Under the pieces are notes generated by a model. That model was not told the origin of the DNA. It made no database searches and saw only the letters and a list, made by a program, of their open reading frames with translations. A DNA stretch of 55,930 nt from Rhizaria sp. SCN 62-66 (Eukaryota). The position numbers and the translations under genes were made by a program. The stretch covers positions 1-55,930 of the forward strand of contig MEDY01000248.1 in assembly GCA_001724265.1 (NCBI GenBank), written 5' to 3'. Positions 1 to 10,134 of this stretch are shown here, one piece after another (the stretch's first letter is position 1; each line of letters opens with the position of its first letter).

Positions 1-240
1 GCCGCGGCGGCGGCGGAGCGCGCGGCGGCGGCGGCGGCGGCGGGCCCCGCGGCGCTGGCCGCCGCCGCGGCCGAGGCCGCCGCGGCGGTGCAGCGCGCGG
101 AGGCCGCGTTCGCGACCGTGGGCGAGGCCGTCGACGTGCTGACCGCGGCCGAGAAGGGCGCGGTCGTGGGCGCGCGCAGGCGTGAGGAGGTCCAGGCCGT
201 CGTCGAGAACCTCGCGCGCAGGCTCGAGCCGCAGCAGTGA
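1..240 (+). CDS. 3' end of an Ala-rich helical protein that starts upstream of the window; unknown function
   Basis: Frame 1 is open from base 1 with GC-rich coding-like codons (...EAVDVLTAAEKGAVVGARRREEVQAVVENLARRLEPQQ). It ends TGA at 238-240, followed by a sharp drop to AT-rich sequence. Confidence 0.75.
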   Translation, partial: AAAAAERAAAAAAAGPAALAAAAAEAAAAVQRAEAAFATVGEAVDVLTAAEKGAVVGARRREEVQAVVENLARRLEPQQ

Positions 241-1919
241 GCCGGCAGGTTGGACTGTCAAGCAGCTCATTGGTTTACATACAATTACTTTTGTACGTAC
301 ACCTAGGAGGAAGTACAACACGTATGCTGTCCTGCTCCGGGCCAAAACCCCATCTTTATCAATACATAGTGGCAATGTTTCAGTTGAGCGAACAAATTAT
401 TCCTCACGGCAACTATCAGGGATTGTGACTACGAGTTTGTATTTGTATTGTTGGAGTTGAATGCCAAAGCTTGCAAGCAAATGTCTCACAAGAATAAACA
501 GCAAAGCAGAAAGGACCACGCAGCACAACCCAACAAAACAAGCAACACACAACGCAACACACAACAGCTTTATTACAGTACCACGCCTCACCATTATTTT
601 GCGCCACACCACTAAAGCGTCACCGCCGCGGCCCCGACACATCTCAACTGAATGCTTAATAACCAGTCCCGTGGGGAAACCCTCGCCGGGCGCGCCGCGC
701 GAGTCGCTGCGGGGCGCGGCCGGGGACGGGAGCGCCACGGTAGATTATTGAACATTGAGTAGAGAGGGAGTGGGGACGGAAGAGATGAGGCAGGCCGCCG
801 CGCGGCGCGAGTGACACTCTCGAGTGTCAGTCACGCGCGCATGCGTCATATTGTTGCGGGGCAAAACAAAGGGGAAGCGGGGTACAGCAGTGTGAAAGAG
901 ACCGCCACGAAGGGACGCAGCCGCGCTGAGCGAAGCCGCCGAGCCGCCGTGGCCAAAGGCGACGGGGAGCTCGGTAACCTCGCTCAACGCAGGCCAAACC
1001 TTGAGAGGCAGTCACTGGCGTTCAAAGCGTTGGTGGTTGGGTTGGAGTTGGTAGATGTGTTGATTTGGGTTGCGTTGGACTGTGTCCTTGGCAGAGATTC
1101 TGTGAGGTTGCAAAGACGAGTCGAGTATCGTAAGAGAGAAAGTGCGGGAGGTAAGAGAAGATGAAGTCATCGATAAAACGCAAAAGATAATGTCTGAATG
1201 CAGAGTATAGAGTGGTTATAAGAATCTCGCCCCCTCTTGACGCTAGACACCCAAGATGGATGCCTAGAAACATAAAAAGGGCTGGTGAAAGGCGTGTTTG
1301 CGAAAGTCTGGGAAGCAAGTGCGTACCTAGTGAAGGGCAGAAACACGTAGTCGCGTCTTCCCTCGCTTAAATCGTCGTAAGCCGAGAGAAGATAAAAAGA
1401 GGATAGTACTCAGGACATGGCCGACGGATTTTACGTAAAGAAAGTGTTATTCTCCGTGGACATGGCCTGAATAGCTAACCCTGAAAACTGGCCTAAGTCC
1501 GTCCTCACGTTTATGACCCGCCAAAGAAGTCTGGCCGCAACAAACCATTTATTTTTTTCGACCGAGTGCGTCTGTTGCAGACACAGAAGAAAGAAGAGCA
1601 GAGCCAGCTGAGCAAGGACGGGTGAATGATTCGCATGGATCGATTCCTTCGTCAAATATGAACCGTGTCTTTTTATGGAATCTCAGCTTTGAATTGTATT
1701 TGTATGCAGTGGTTTCATATGCATCATGTGCTCTTAACGGCACCTAAGTGCCCATTAGAGTCACACACCAACCTCACAGTCCGGCCTACGAGACCCCACT
1801 CCTGTCTCCTGCGCTGCGCCGCACCATGCCGCTCTGCCTTGCCCATATCACTTGCCAACATACCTCACGCTATATTCTCTTTATTGTTCTTCTCTTTGCG
1901 CCCATATCCGCAGACTCCC

Positions 1920-2717
1920 ATGTCGTCCGAGGACAAGCCCGTCGTCGTCGACAACACGACCGAAACCTCTACCGCCGCCGCCGCCGAGGCCGCCCCCGCG
2001 CCGGCCCCCGCTGCCGCCACTGAGGCTGCCGCCGCGACCGAGGCCAGCGCCAGCAGCGCTGCCCCGGCCCCCGTCCCGGCCCCGGCTGCCGCCGCTGCCC
2101 CCGCTGCCGCCCCTGCCGCGAGCAGCAGCAGCAGCGCTAAGGACGCCAAGCCCGTGATGCCGAACGTGGCCGAGGCGCTCGAGCTGTTCCTCATCGGCGA
2201 CGACGAGCTCTCGCGCCTGTCCGCGTCTGAGCGTACGCAGCTCTACGACAAGCTGCAGCTGATCCTGGACGGCAAGATCTCGCCCGCCGAGTCTGGGCTG
2301 CTGCCGCTGGACCGCTTCAACAACCTCGTCGCCAACCTCGACGCGGGCATGCTCGATGAGCTCGACGGCGACTTCAAGCCCTACGAGGCGCCCTCGTTCC
2401 TCTCCTGGGCCTGGAACAAGTACTTGGCGCCGCTGACGTCGATCAAGCTGCCGCGCACGCTGCCGCTGACGAGCCCGCTGGGCGCGGTGCTGCGCAGCAA
2501 GGCCGTCACCAACACGCTCCAGCTGACCGCGGCCGCCGTCAACAAGGCCTACGCGCTGCGCGACGCGAGCGCGTGGTACCTCTGGGTCGTGGGGTCCGCC
2601 GTCGTCATGGTCTCGCTGCCCATCGGCATCTTCTCCGCGCTCGACACGGGCGTCGTGTCCTACTCCGAGTTCCCCTCGCGTGAGCAGGCCCACTACCCCG
2701 AGGCGCTCGAGATGTAA
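1920..2717 (+). CDS. TOM22: Probable mitochondrial outer-membrane import receptor Tom22-like protein (265 aa)
   Basis: ATG at 1920 where GC-rich codon usage begins. Acidic/Ala-rich N-terminal region, then one TM helix YLWVVGSAVVMVSLPIGIF with the W-x11-P spacing of Tom22 TMs, and a short C-tail. Ends TAA. Family assignment rests on the TM motif only. Confidence 0.55.
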   Translation: MSSEDKPVVVDNTTETSTAAAAEAAPAPAPAAATEAAAATEASASSAAPAPVPAPAAAAAPAAAPAASSSSSAKDAKPVMPNVAEALELFLIGDDELSRLSASERTQLYDKLQLILDGKISPAESGLLPLDRFNNLVANLDAGMLDELDGDFKPYEAPSFLSWAWNKYLAPLTSIKLPRTLPLTSPLGAVLRSKAVTNTLQLTAAAVNKAYALRDASAWYLWVVGSAVVMVSLPIGIFSALDTGVVSYSEFPSREQAHYPEALEM

Positions 2718-3274
2718 GTGCGCGAGATGTCAGTGCGCTCGCTACAGCAGCCTCGCGTCCAAGTACCTCGTCTGTCGAAGATGTCCGTGAAACGTACACG
2801 GCAGTGCGTGTGAAAGTGCATTGTACTACAGTGCATGATCACAAGGAAATGCGACGAGAAGGATGCGCCGACAACGGAAGTAAAAGAAAAGCAAAAGCAA
2901 AACAATATTAGGTTTAAAATAGTTCAAACAAATGTTGTCAACATCATAAGAAACTAGTGCACACACACAAAACAAAACAAAAACAAACGAAACTTTATCT
3001 TCAAACAAACAATAAGGCAAACAATAAGGCATGCACTTTATTATTCGCTTGTGCAAAAGCCTTCTTGTTTTGCTGAGCTGACTTCGAAGTTTCAACTCTA
3101 TATATAAGTGTGCCGATGAGTTTTCTATGTTGTATTATTATTATTATTATCGTCATTATTATTATTGTAAGTAGTATATCGAATACACAGTTCAAATTCA
3201 AACAAACAAACAATAACTCATACCCTGAGTAATGCTTCAACATTGCAACTCTCGCGCTGAGACGGCCGTTAGCG

Positions 3275-4669
3275 TTAGAGCACGAACATCTTGCTGGGGA
3301 CGGTGGGGCGCTCCTCCTGCGCGAAGCTGAGCAGCCGCTTGAGGGCTTGGATGTACTTGCGCTTGGTCTCGTCGTTAAGCACGTGCGCGACCTGGTTGCC
3401 GCCCGCGAGCCTGTCGCGGCCGGCGCGCGCGTGGATGCCGACGGCGCTGACGCCCATGGGCCACGCCGCGTTGCCAATCGAGAGCGTAATGTACTCCTCG
3501 TGGGCCCGCACGTACTCGCGCTCGCTCATCAGCCGCAGCACCTTGTTGACGCCGCGCGCGATCGCGGGCTCGGCCGCGCCGCGCCTCAGCAGCGACAGCA
3601 ACGGCCGCAGCGCCTGCCGCGTCTGCGCGTGCTTGGCGCTCTCCTGGCGGCCCACCACGCCCTCGGCGACCGCGGCGGGCCGCGCGGCGAGCCGCTGCTC
3701 CCAGAGGAACAGCCAGCGCTTGAGGGCGAAGACGCTGTAGAGCGCGTCCGTCGAGAACGCCGACGGGGGCCGGTCTTCCGCGTAGCGGCTCAGGCCCCCG
3801 GCGGAGGCGCCGGCAGAGCCAGAGCCAGAGCCAGGGCCAGCACTGGTCTCTTTGTGGTCTTTGTCGTCGGCGTCGTCGTCGTCGGCGTCGTCGTCGGCGT
3901 CAGCGTCAACGTCGGCGGCGGCGTCGGCAGCGTTGTTGTTGTCGCTCTCAAGCGCAGCCAGTTCGGCCAGCTCGGCCTCAACGTCCCTCGCCGCCTGCTG
4001 CTGCTGCAACTGCTGCGCCTGTTGCTGCGAGCGCAGACCCGCGGCGGCGGCGGCCTCGTTCTGGGCGCCAGTGCCCGAGTCGCGCTCGGCGCGGCGCTGC
4101 TGCGCGGCCTGCAGACGCGCGAAGCAGCCCGCGGCGTCCTCACCGAAGTACCGCACGGGCTCGCCCAGCAGCCGCAGTTCGCGCTGGATGCCGCGCAGGT
4201 CCAGCGACGCCAGAGACAGCACCGAGCCGTCGGCGGCGGCCACCGTCGCAGCCGTCGCCAGCGGTCGCGTCAACGCAAGCGCCGCCGCCGCAGAGGAGGA
4301 GCCGTCAGCAGACGAGGACAAGAATGAGGATGTGTGAAAGCCGTTGCTCTGTGCGTGTGTGCTCGCGCTAGCGCTGTTGGAAGGCAGGGGCAGCTGGACG
4401 GTGGGCTCGACGACGCCGGCGCTCTGCAGCACCTTCTGCGCCTCCCCGCGCCGCAAGTACTTGCTCTTGGCCGCGGGCGGCGGCGCCGCGCCGTCCTCGC
4501 TCGCCGCGGCGGCCGCAGTCGTAGTCGCAGTCGCGGCGCCAGTGCCAGTGCCTGCGGCGGCGGCGGAGTCTGAGGCCGTTGCGGCAGCAGTGCCGTCTGC
4601 GGCGGCCACAGTCGTGGCGGGGAGGTTCGAGACGAGCTTGCGCTTGGTGCGCGCAAGGAGGGCCTCCAT
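3275..4669 (-). CDS. PRP18: Pre-mRNA splicing factor Prp18 (464 aa)
   Basis: PRP4-like motif (LRLLGEPVRYFGED) and Prp18 core (YITLSIGNAAWPMGVSAVGIHARAGRDRL...VAHVLNDETKRKYIQALKRLLSFAQ...PTVPSK). Ends TAA at the family's normal C-terminus. Confidence 0.95.
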   Translation of the reverse strand: MEALLARTKRKLVSNLPATTVAAADGTAAATASDSAAAAGTGTGAATATTTAAAAASEDGAAPPPAAKSKYLRRGEAQKVLQSAGVVEPTVQLPLPSNSASASTHAQSNGFHTSSFLSSSADGSSSAAAALALTRPLATAATVAAADGSVLSLASLDLRGIQRELRLLGEPVRYFGEDAAGCFARLQAAQQRRAERDSGTGAQNEAAAAAGLRSQQQAQQLQQQQAARDVEAELAELAALESDNNNAADAAADVDADADDDADDDDADDKDHKETSAGPGSGSGSAGASAGGLSRYAEDRPPSAFSTDALYSVFALKRWLFLWEQRLAARPAAVAEGVVGRQESAKHAQTRQALRPLLSLLRRGAAEPAIARGVNKVLRLMSEREYVRAHEEYITLSIGNAAWPMGVSAVGIHARAGRDRLAGGNQVAHVLNDETKRKYIQALKRLLSFAQEERPTVPSKMFVL

Positions 4670-5067
4670 GGCGGGAACTCGTTGTATGCGTAAAGGCGCT
4701 GTTGTTGCTGTATGCCCGTGTGTGCGAGTGCTGTGTTGTCTGTGTCGCTGTCGAAAGGTTAGCGCTGAGACGAGTGAACCGTTGCGGTGCGGTGGGGCGA
4801 GAGTTGGGGAGAAAAAATAGAGTGAGATGTCATGGATCAGTCCGTTGTTGCGACTTTTGAAATTGAAACGATATGTAAAAACGAAAATAAAGATTTGTTC
4901 TGAATATTATATCTCACAAATGCTTGTATTCACACATGTCATGCTCTTTTCTTTTCCCAGACTCACGCTCGCGAACTTTGCTAAGCCCCCCACGTGCTGC
5001 AGCATATTCACCCCTTGCGACCGACTGCTCTTGACTGGATATAGCGCTGCCTCCGCGGGTGTGCGCG
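4670..5067. promoter_or_regulatory. Probable bidirectional promoter region between divergent PRP18 and ALKBH6
   Basis: Head-to-head start codons only ~400 bp apart with an AT-rich core at ~4855-4950. No specific motif identified. Confidence 0.45.
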
Positions 5068-7224
5068 ATGAAGTCCCTCAAGGCGATGCTGCGCGAGGCC
5101 AAGACCCGGGCGCAGGCCTCCTCGGAGCCGCAGACCCCGCTGAGTCCACAGACTCCGCTGCCGAGTCAGAGCACAGTTCAGAACCCGGCGCAGGCGCAGG
5201 TGCAGACGCAGGCATTGGGGTCCCAGCTTGCCAGTGCTAACTCTAGCTTGCCTCTGAGCCCCGCTGGCTCTGGCACCGCCGCGCCAATCCTCTCAGCCCC
5301 TGTCCTACCACAACCACAGTCGCCGTCGCCGTCGCAGCTGGCGCTAGCGCGGTCGTTGTCACTGGCCCCGGAGGCCTTGTTCCGGCTCTCTCTGGCCGAG
5401 GCCGTTGCTCTAGTCGCCGCCACAGACGCGCAACACATAGCAATAGCAGCAACAGCAGCAGGTGCGGATGCTGGCCAGGGTGCACCGTGTGCCAAGACGG
5501 CGGGCTGCTCCGAAGACCTGGGCGACCACAGCCGTTGTGAGTGCGACTGCGCCTGCCGCTCGGCCGGCGCTCAGGGCGTGCACGCCGCCGGCGCCGAGGC
5601 TGACGTCACAGTGGGCGACAACTCGACTGGTAATTCCGAAACCGAGACGGCTGATAACATTGATGCCGATGTCAACGCCAACGATGACGACGATGACGAT
5701 GACGACGACTATGCGGGCCCCTTCGACCCCGCCCGCGTCCGCCACCACTACTACACATATCCCGTCTCCACCACTGCCACCGCCACCGCGACTGCGAGCG
5801 CGACTCCTGAGACGGCGACCATTGAGACGGAGACTGCGACTGCAGCAGCACTTGCGACTGCCGCGCCCGCGACAGTCTGCTGCCAGTACTCGCAGCGCGC
5901 CGTCACGGCCCTCGAGGAGCGCGCGCTGCTGGCGCTGTCTGCGGCGGCTCCGCCCGGCCGCTGGACGACTCTCTCGGCGCGCTCGCTGCAGGTCTGGGGA
6001 GGCACCGTCGCCGCCGCGGGGCTCTTGCGGCCAGAGCCGGACCTGCAGTCGGGGCCAGAGCCGGACCTGCAGTCTAACCTGCAGTCTGACCCACAGTCTG
6101 ACCCGCAGTCGGGGCCTGAACCTGGGTCGGGCGCGAGCGCCGGCGACCGTGGGCTGCCGCGGTGGCTGGACGACCTGTGCCGGACGCGGCTGCCGGCGCT
6201 GAGCGTGGCCTTCCCGCCCACGCTCCACGAGGCCGTGGAGGCCAGGACCAAGGCGGAGGCTGACGCTAAGGCGGCTCAGGCTCAGGCTCAGGCTGACGCC
6301 AAGGCTGTAGATGCGAGCGCAGAGCGGGAGCGGCTGCAGACGCTGCACTGTGCTGTTGCCGCTGCGACCGAGGCGCGCGCCTTCGGCCTCCTGCCTGCGC
6401 CCAACAAGAGTGCGCATGATAGCAACGAGCCTGACAACAGCAACAACAACAGCAACAGCAACGGCGACAGCGACGCGGACGCCAGTGCCAGCACCAGCGC
6501 CGAGGCCAGCGCGGCCGAATCCGACACAGACGCCTCGGGCACGGGCATGGGCAGCGGTCGCAGCAGCCGTCGCACTGGTGGCGTCGCCCTGCGGCCCGGG
6601 GCCCTGGTCTCGGCGCTGCGCCCGCTGCCTGCCCCGCGGCCTACCTTCGCGAACCATGTGCTGCTGAACCGGTACGCGCGCGGCCAGGGCATCCTCCCGC
6701 ACTGCGATGGGCCGGCATACGCGCCGCAGGCCGCGATCCTGTCGCTGGGCGCGCCCGTGGTGCTGGCTTTCTGGCGCTCGGCGGCCGAGGCGCGCGCGGG
6801 CGGGGCGGCCGCCGCGGTGATGTCGCTGGTACTGGAGCCGCGCTCGCTGTGCGTCTTTTCGGGCGCGCTCTACTGGGACACGCTGCACGGCATCGCGCCC
6901 GCGCGCTGCGACCGCGTCTGGCCCCACTGCGCCAACGCCGCCGTCGTCGCCGTCCCGGTCCCTCGCGGGGCCCAAGACGACCGCAGCCTCATAGTGGGGA
7001 GGCGGGGGAGGCGGGGGCTCGTGGTGGGGCAGTGCGTGCGGCGCGGCGCCGAGCGGCTCTCGTTGACGCTGCGGCGCGTGGCGCCCGTGTGGGACGCCAG
7101 CGCTGCAGTGGAGCTGCGCGTGCCTGGGGAGCCGCGGGCCAGGACAAGGGAGCAGAAAACAGAGAACGCTCAGTCTGAGGACAAGGATGACGAGAGAAAG
7201 CGGGCCGCTGGTCGCGACGATTGA
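5068..7224 (+). CDS. ALKBH6: Fe(II)/2-oxoglutarate dioxygenase, AlkB homolog 6 family (718 aa, expanded by insertions)
   Basis: WTTLSARSLQVWGG, LPRWL, ANHVLLNRY..GQGILPHCDGPAY (HxD), LSLG, LEPRSL, LHGI (second His), RLSLTLRRV (RxSxTxR). First ATG 5068; ends TGA. Confidence 0.88.
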   Translation: MKSLKAMLREAKTRAQASSEPQTPLSPQTPLPSQSTVQNPAQAQVQTQALGSQLASANSSLPLSPAGSGTAAPILSAPVLPQPQSPSPSQLALARSLSLAPEALFRLSLAEAVALVAATDAQHIAIAATAAGADAGQGAPCAKTAGCSEDLGDHSRCECDCACRSAGAQGVHAAGAEADVTVGDNSTGNSETETADNIDADVNANDDDDDDDDDYAGPFDPARVRHHYYTYPVSTTATATATASATPETATIETETATAAALATAAPATVCCQYSQRAVTALEERALLALSAAAPPGRWTTLSARSLQVWGGTVAAAGLLRPEPDLQSGPEPDLQSNLQSDPQSDPQSGPEPGSGASAGDRGLPRWLDDLCRTRLPALSVAFPPTLHEAVEARTKAEADAKAAQAQAQADAKAVDASAERERLQTLHCAVAAATEARAFGLLPAPNKSAHDSNEPDNSNNNSNSNGDSDADASASTSAEASAAESDTDASGTGMGSGRSSRRTGGVALRPGALVSALRPLPAPRPTFANHVLLNRYARGQGILPHCDGPAYAPQAAILSLGAPVVLAFWRSAAEARAGGAAAAVMSLVLEPRSLCVFSGALYWDTLHGIAPARCDRVWPHCANAAVVAVPVPRGAQDDRSLIVGRRGRRGLVVGQCVRRGAERLSLTLRRVAPVWDASAAVELRVPGEPRARTREQKTENAQSEDKDDERKRAAGRDD

Positions 7225-7447
7225 CTTTTGTTATACCAAACAAAGAAAAATATTGTTTATGCATTTTTCTGTCACAAATTAGGTATTTATCTTAGGATTG
7301 CACCTCTACTCCTGTCGGAGCTTTGATTTCCTCGTATTTAAGTCCGAAGAAGTGACTGTGCGCCACTTGAAACAAACGAGCTCTTGTCTCACTTGCGCGT
7401 ATTTTCTTCAAGTTGAATTGGCCAATAAAATAGATATCTCTCCATTC

Positions 7448-9586
7448 ATGATGAAGATCGGCTGCAAACTAGTGTTTATCTTCCTATTTGCAATTCTGTG
7501 CCTCTGTACGTTCCTATATATACCCCGAAATGCTTGCTTGTTATAACATTGCCCTCCAATCCCTCTTCTTTCCAAGCCTCCTTCTGACTTCTCCGGTTCT
7601 ATCTCTTGTGTTTGCAACACGCAAATAGACTTCGTCGCTGCACACTCGTTTGATCGTGACTACGGCAGCAGTGGCCTGCGCTCTGATCTTGCAGAGGCAG
7701 ACGCGACGGAGCGCGAGCGCGATCGCGAGCTTCAGCCTGAGCCTGAGCTCAAGCCTGCGCCCCCCGCGCTCGACGACGACCGCGACGGCCACCGCGACTT
7801 TGAGCGCGACTACAGCCGCGACCGCAGCCGTGGCCGCGAGCCCGGCCGCGCGCGCCGCTGCAGCGACCGCGCCTGCCGCCGCGCGCGCAGGCGTCTGCGC
7901 AAGCGTCTGCTGGAGCTCGAGCCGGCTGTGACGGTGTCGATGCCGCCGCTGCTGCGGGCGTGGTTCCCGGAGGCTTTCGTGGGCCCAGCGCCAGCGGCGG
8001 AGGACTACTACCGCTACCACCGCGCTGAAGCTGCTGAAAACGCGAGGCGTGACAAGGACGAGGGAAATGACATGAGCAACGATAAGGATGACAAGAACGA
8101 CAACGACGAGGACGATTACGACTAGGACGACGACTATGACAACGAGAGTGATGAGCGTGACAGGAGCCGTGAACTTGAACGTGGGCGCGTCTCCGACACG
8201 CACGACACTGAGCGTGGAGGTGGCCGCGACTACGGTCGTGCCCATGAGCGTGGCCGTGACATTGACAAAGAGAGTGACCGTGAGCGTGACCGCTAGAGTG
8301 ACCGTGAGCGTGGTCGCGAGTATCCCTATGCTCCTACCTACACTACTCAGCCCTACAGCCGTCCTTATGCTCCTAACTCGTACGCGCGTCCGTACCCTTA
8401 CACTCGCGGCCACGGGTACGCAAGACGTTACACCGACTCACCGCGCACGTACAGGTACTCAAGCCCGGACGCGTACGCAAGCCCCCGCGAGTACGGGTAC
8501 GCACAGCCCTACGCGTCCCCGAGTCTCTACGCTCGCGGTCACACGTACCCTTCGTCGCGATCAGACCCGCACTCGCACTCGAGTTTGAACTCGCCGTATC
8601 GCGATCGTGACGGAGACGGACGCCGCGCCCCCGCTGATACCAACACCGCAGAGCCCCTTGCATTCAGCGACGGCTACAGCGACGGCGACGCCATCGGCAT
8701 CGATCCCACTGACCGCGGTAGCAGCAGCGCTTACTACCGCGCACGGCTCGAACACGGTGACCGCGACCGTGAGCGCGCCTTCGACTACGGCTACAGCGAC
8801 GGCTACGGGCCGCGCGGCACCGACGGCTTCGGCAATACGCCCTACAGCGCCGGCCTCGGCAGTAACGCGCGCGACGGCTACTACTTCGACCTGGCAGCGG
8901 ACGACGCGGCCAACGCGGTCCACCGACCCGGCAGCGGCAGCGGCGACGACGCCGCGTTGGACATGGGCGGCCACAGCATCTACGGCGACAGCTTCGGCTT
9001 CTTTCGCCACCGCCGCCGCGAGCGCGACGCGCTGTAGATCGCAAGTGACCGTGAGCGCGCAGAGAGGTAGCGCGAAGCTAAGCCGCCCATGAGGCCTGCG
9101 ATCTGGAGGCCCGTCGAGCCCGATGTTAAGCCGGCCCCCGGTCGCGAGCCTCAGCCTGTCCCCGTGTCTGCCCCCGCGTCTGCCCCTGCGCATCTCCCTA
9201 TGCCTTTCCTGATGCCGATTGCACCAGTCGCCCCCGTGCCAGTCTTCACACCGGCCGAGGGCTTGGTCCCCCCGCCGGCGCCCGCCGCGCCCGCCCCGCC
9301 TCCGCCGGAGCCAGCCCTTCCCGAAAGGCCGACGTCCTCAGGCAGTGCGCACTCAAGCGGTGACGACAGCGACAACAACGACGTCGGCGGTAGTGACAGC
9401 ACCAACTACGCAACTCTGGCGACGACCGCCGCAGCCGCAGCCTCAACCGCGAGTGCAAGTGCAGGCGAGAGGGCGAGTGTAACGGCCGCGAATACGCCTG
9501 TGGTCGTAGTTGTGCGGGGCTCGGTGCCGCCGCGCCTGCGCCGCCCCCCCAGAGTGCCTCCACTCCTGCGTCCGGCGGCGTCGTAA
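7448..9586 (+). CDS. Secreted low-complexity Asp/Arg/Tyr/Pro-rich protein (671 aa), 2 exons, 4 in-frame TAG codons
   Basis: Exon 1 7448-7505, intron 7506-7628 (gtacgt...aatag), exon 2 7629-9586. The join gives a signal peptide MMKIGCKLVFIFLFAILCLYFVAAHS. ORF-track pieces 7928-8125, 8585-9037 and 9089-9586 share one frame, interrupted only by TAG at 8123, 8294, 9035 and 9068. Ends TAA. Confidence 0.75.
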
Positions 9587-10134
9587 AAAGCGAGCTGCGA
9601 CAGCCTCGGTCAAAAAGCGACCGGATGATGCTATGTAACGAAGTTGGAAGAAGACCATCAAGATATGACAGAAGTTGGATTCTGATTTCAAATATGTTTG
9701 ATGCAGAAGAAATAAAAATGACTCGTGTCTGCTCATTTGACGTTTTTATTGCGAAATTGCTTCTGCATGCTGTTGTTACACACAGCAATACTACTATTTT
9801 TGAGCTGTAACTAAGATATTTGTAATAAATAGAAGTATAAACAGACATATAAAACAAATCATCATATTTTAGTCCAAATCTATGTGATTTTGTTTTAATT
9901 TGCTCTCGTGAAGCGCTTTGAAGTGTCGGCCGCTAGGGCTGCCAAGGCAGCCTCGTCAACTTGAAAAATATATCGTGGCACACTTTGACGGCGGTCCTGT
10001 TCGAAATTCTGACTGCCTTTGCAAAAAACGTCCTGACAAGAGCAATTTAAAGTTATTGTGAAGGGTTTTCGGCGCGAAAACAAGTACTCTTCCCTTTTCA
10101 GTGCTGCGTATCTCCTCAGCTTTGCAGCTCCCCA

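Noticed and set aside
1410-1420. ATG TCC TGA on the minus strand resembling the antizyme +1 frameshift site
   Set aside because: The +1 frame closes at TAA within ~15 codons and no antizyme-like ORF follows.
1470-1560. CTAACCCT (telomerase-template-like) followed ~70 nt later by a T-run
   Set aside because: An 8-nt match is expected by chance, and I saw no recognisable promoter or pseudoknot support.
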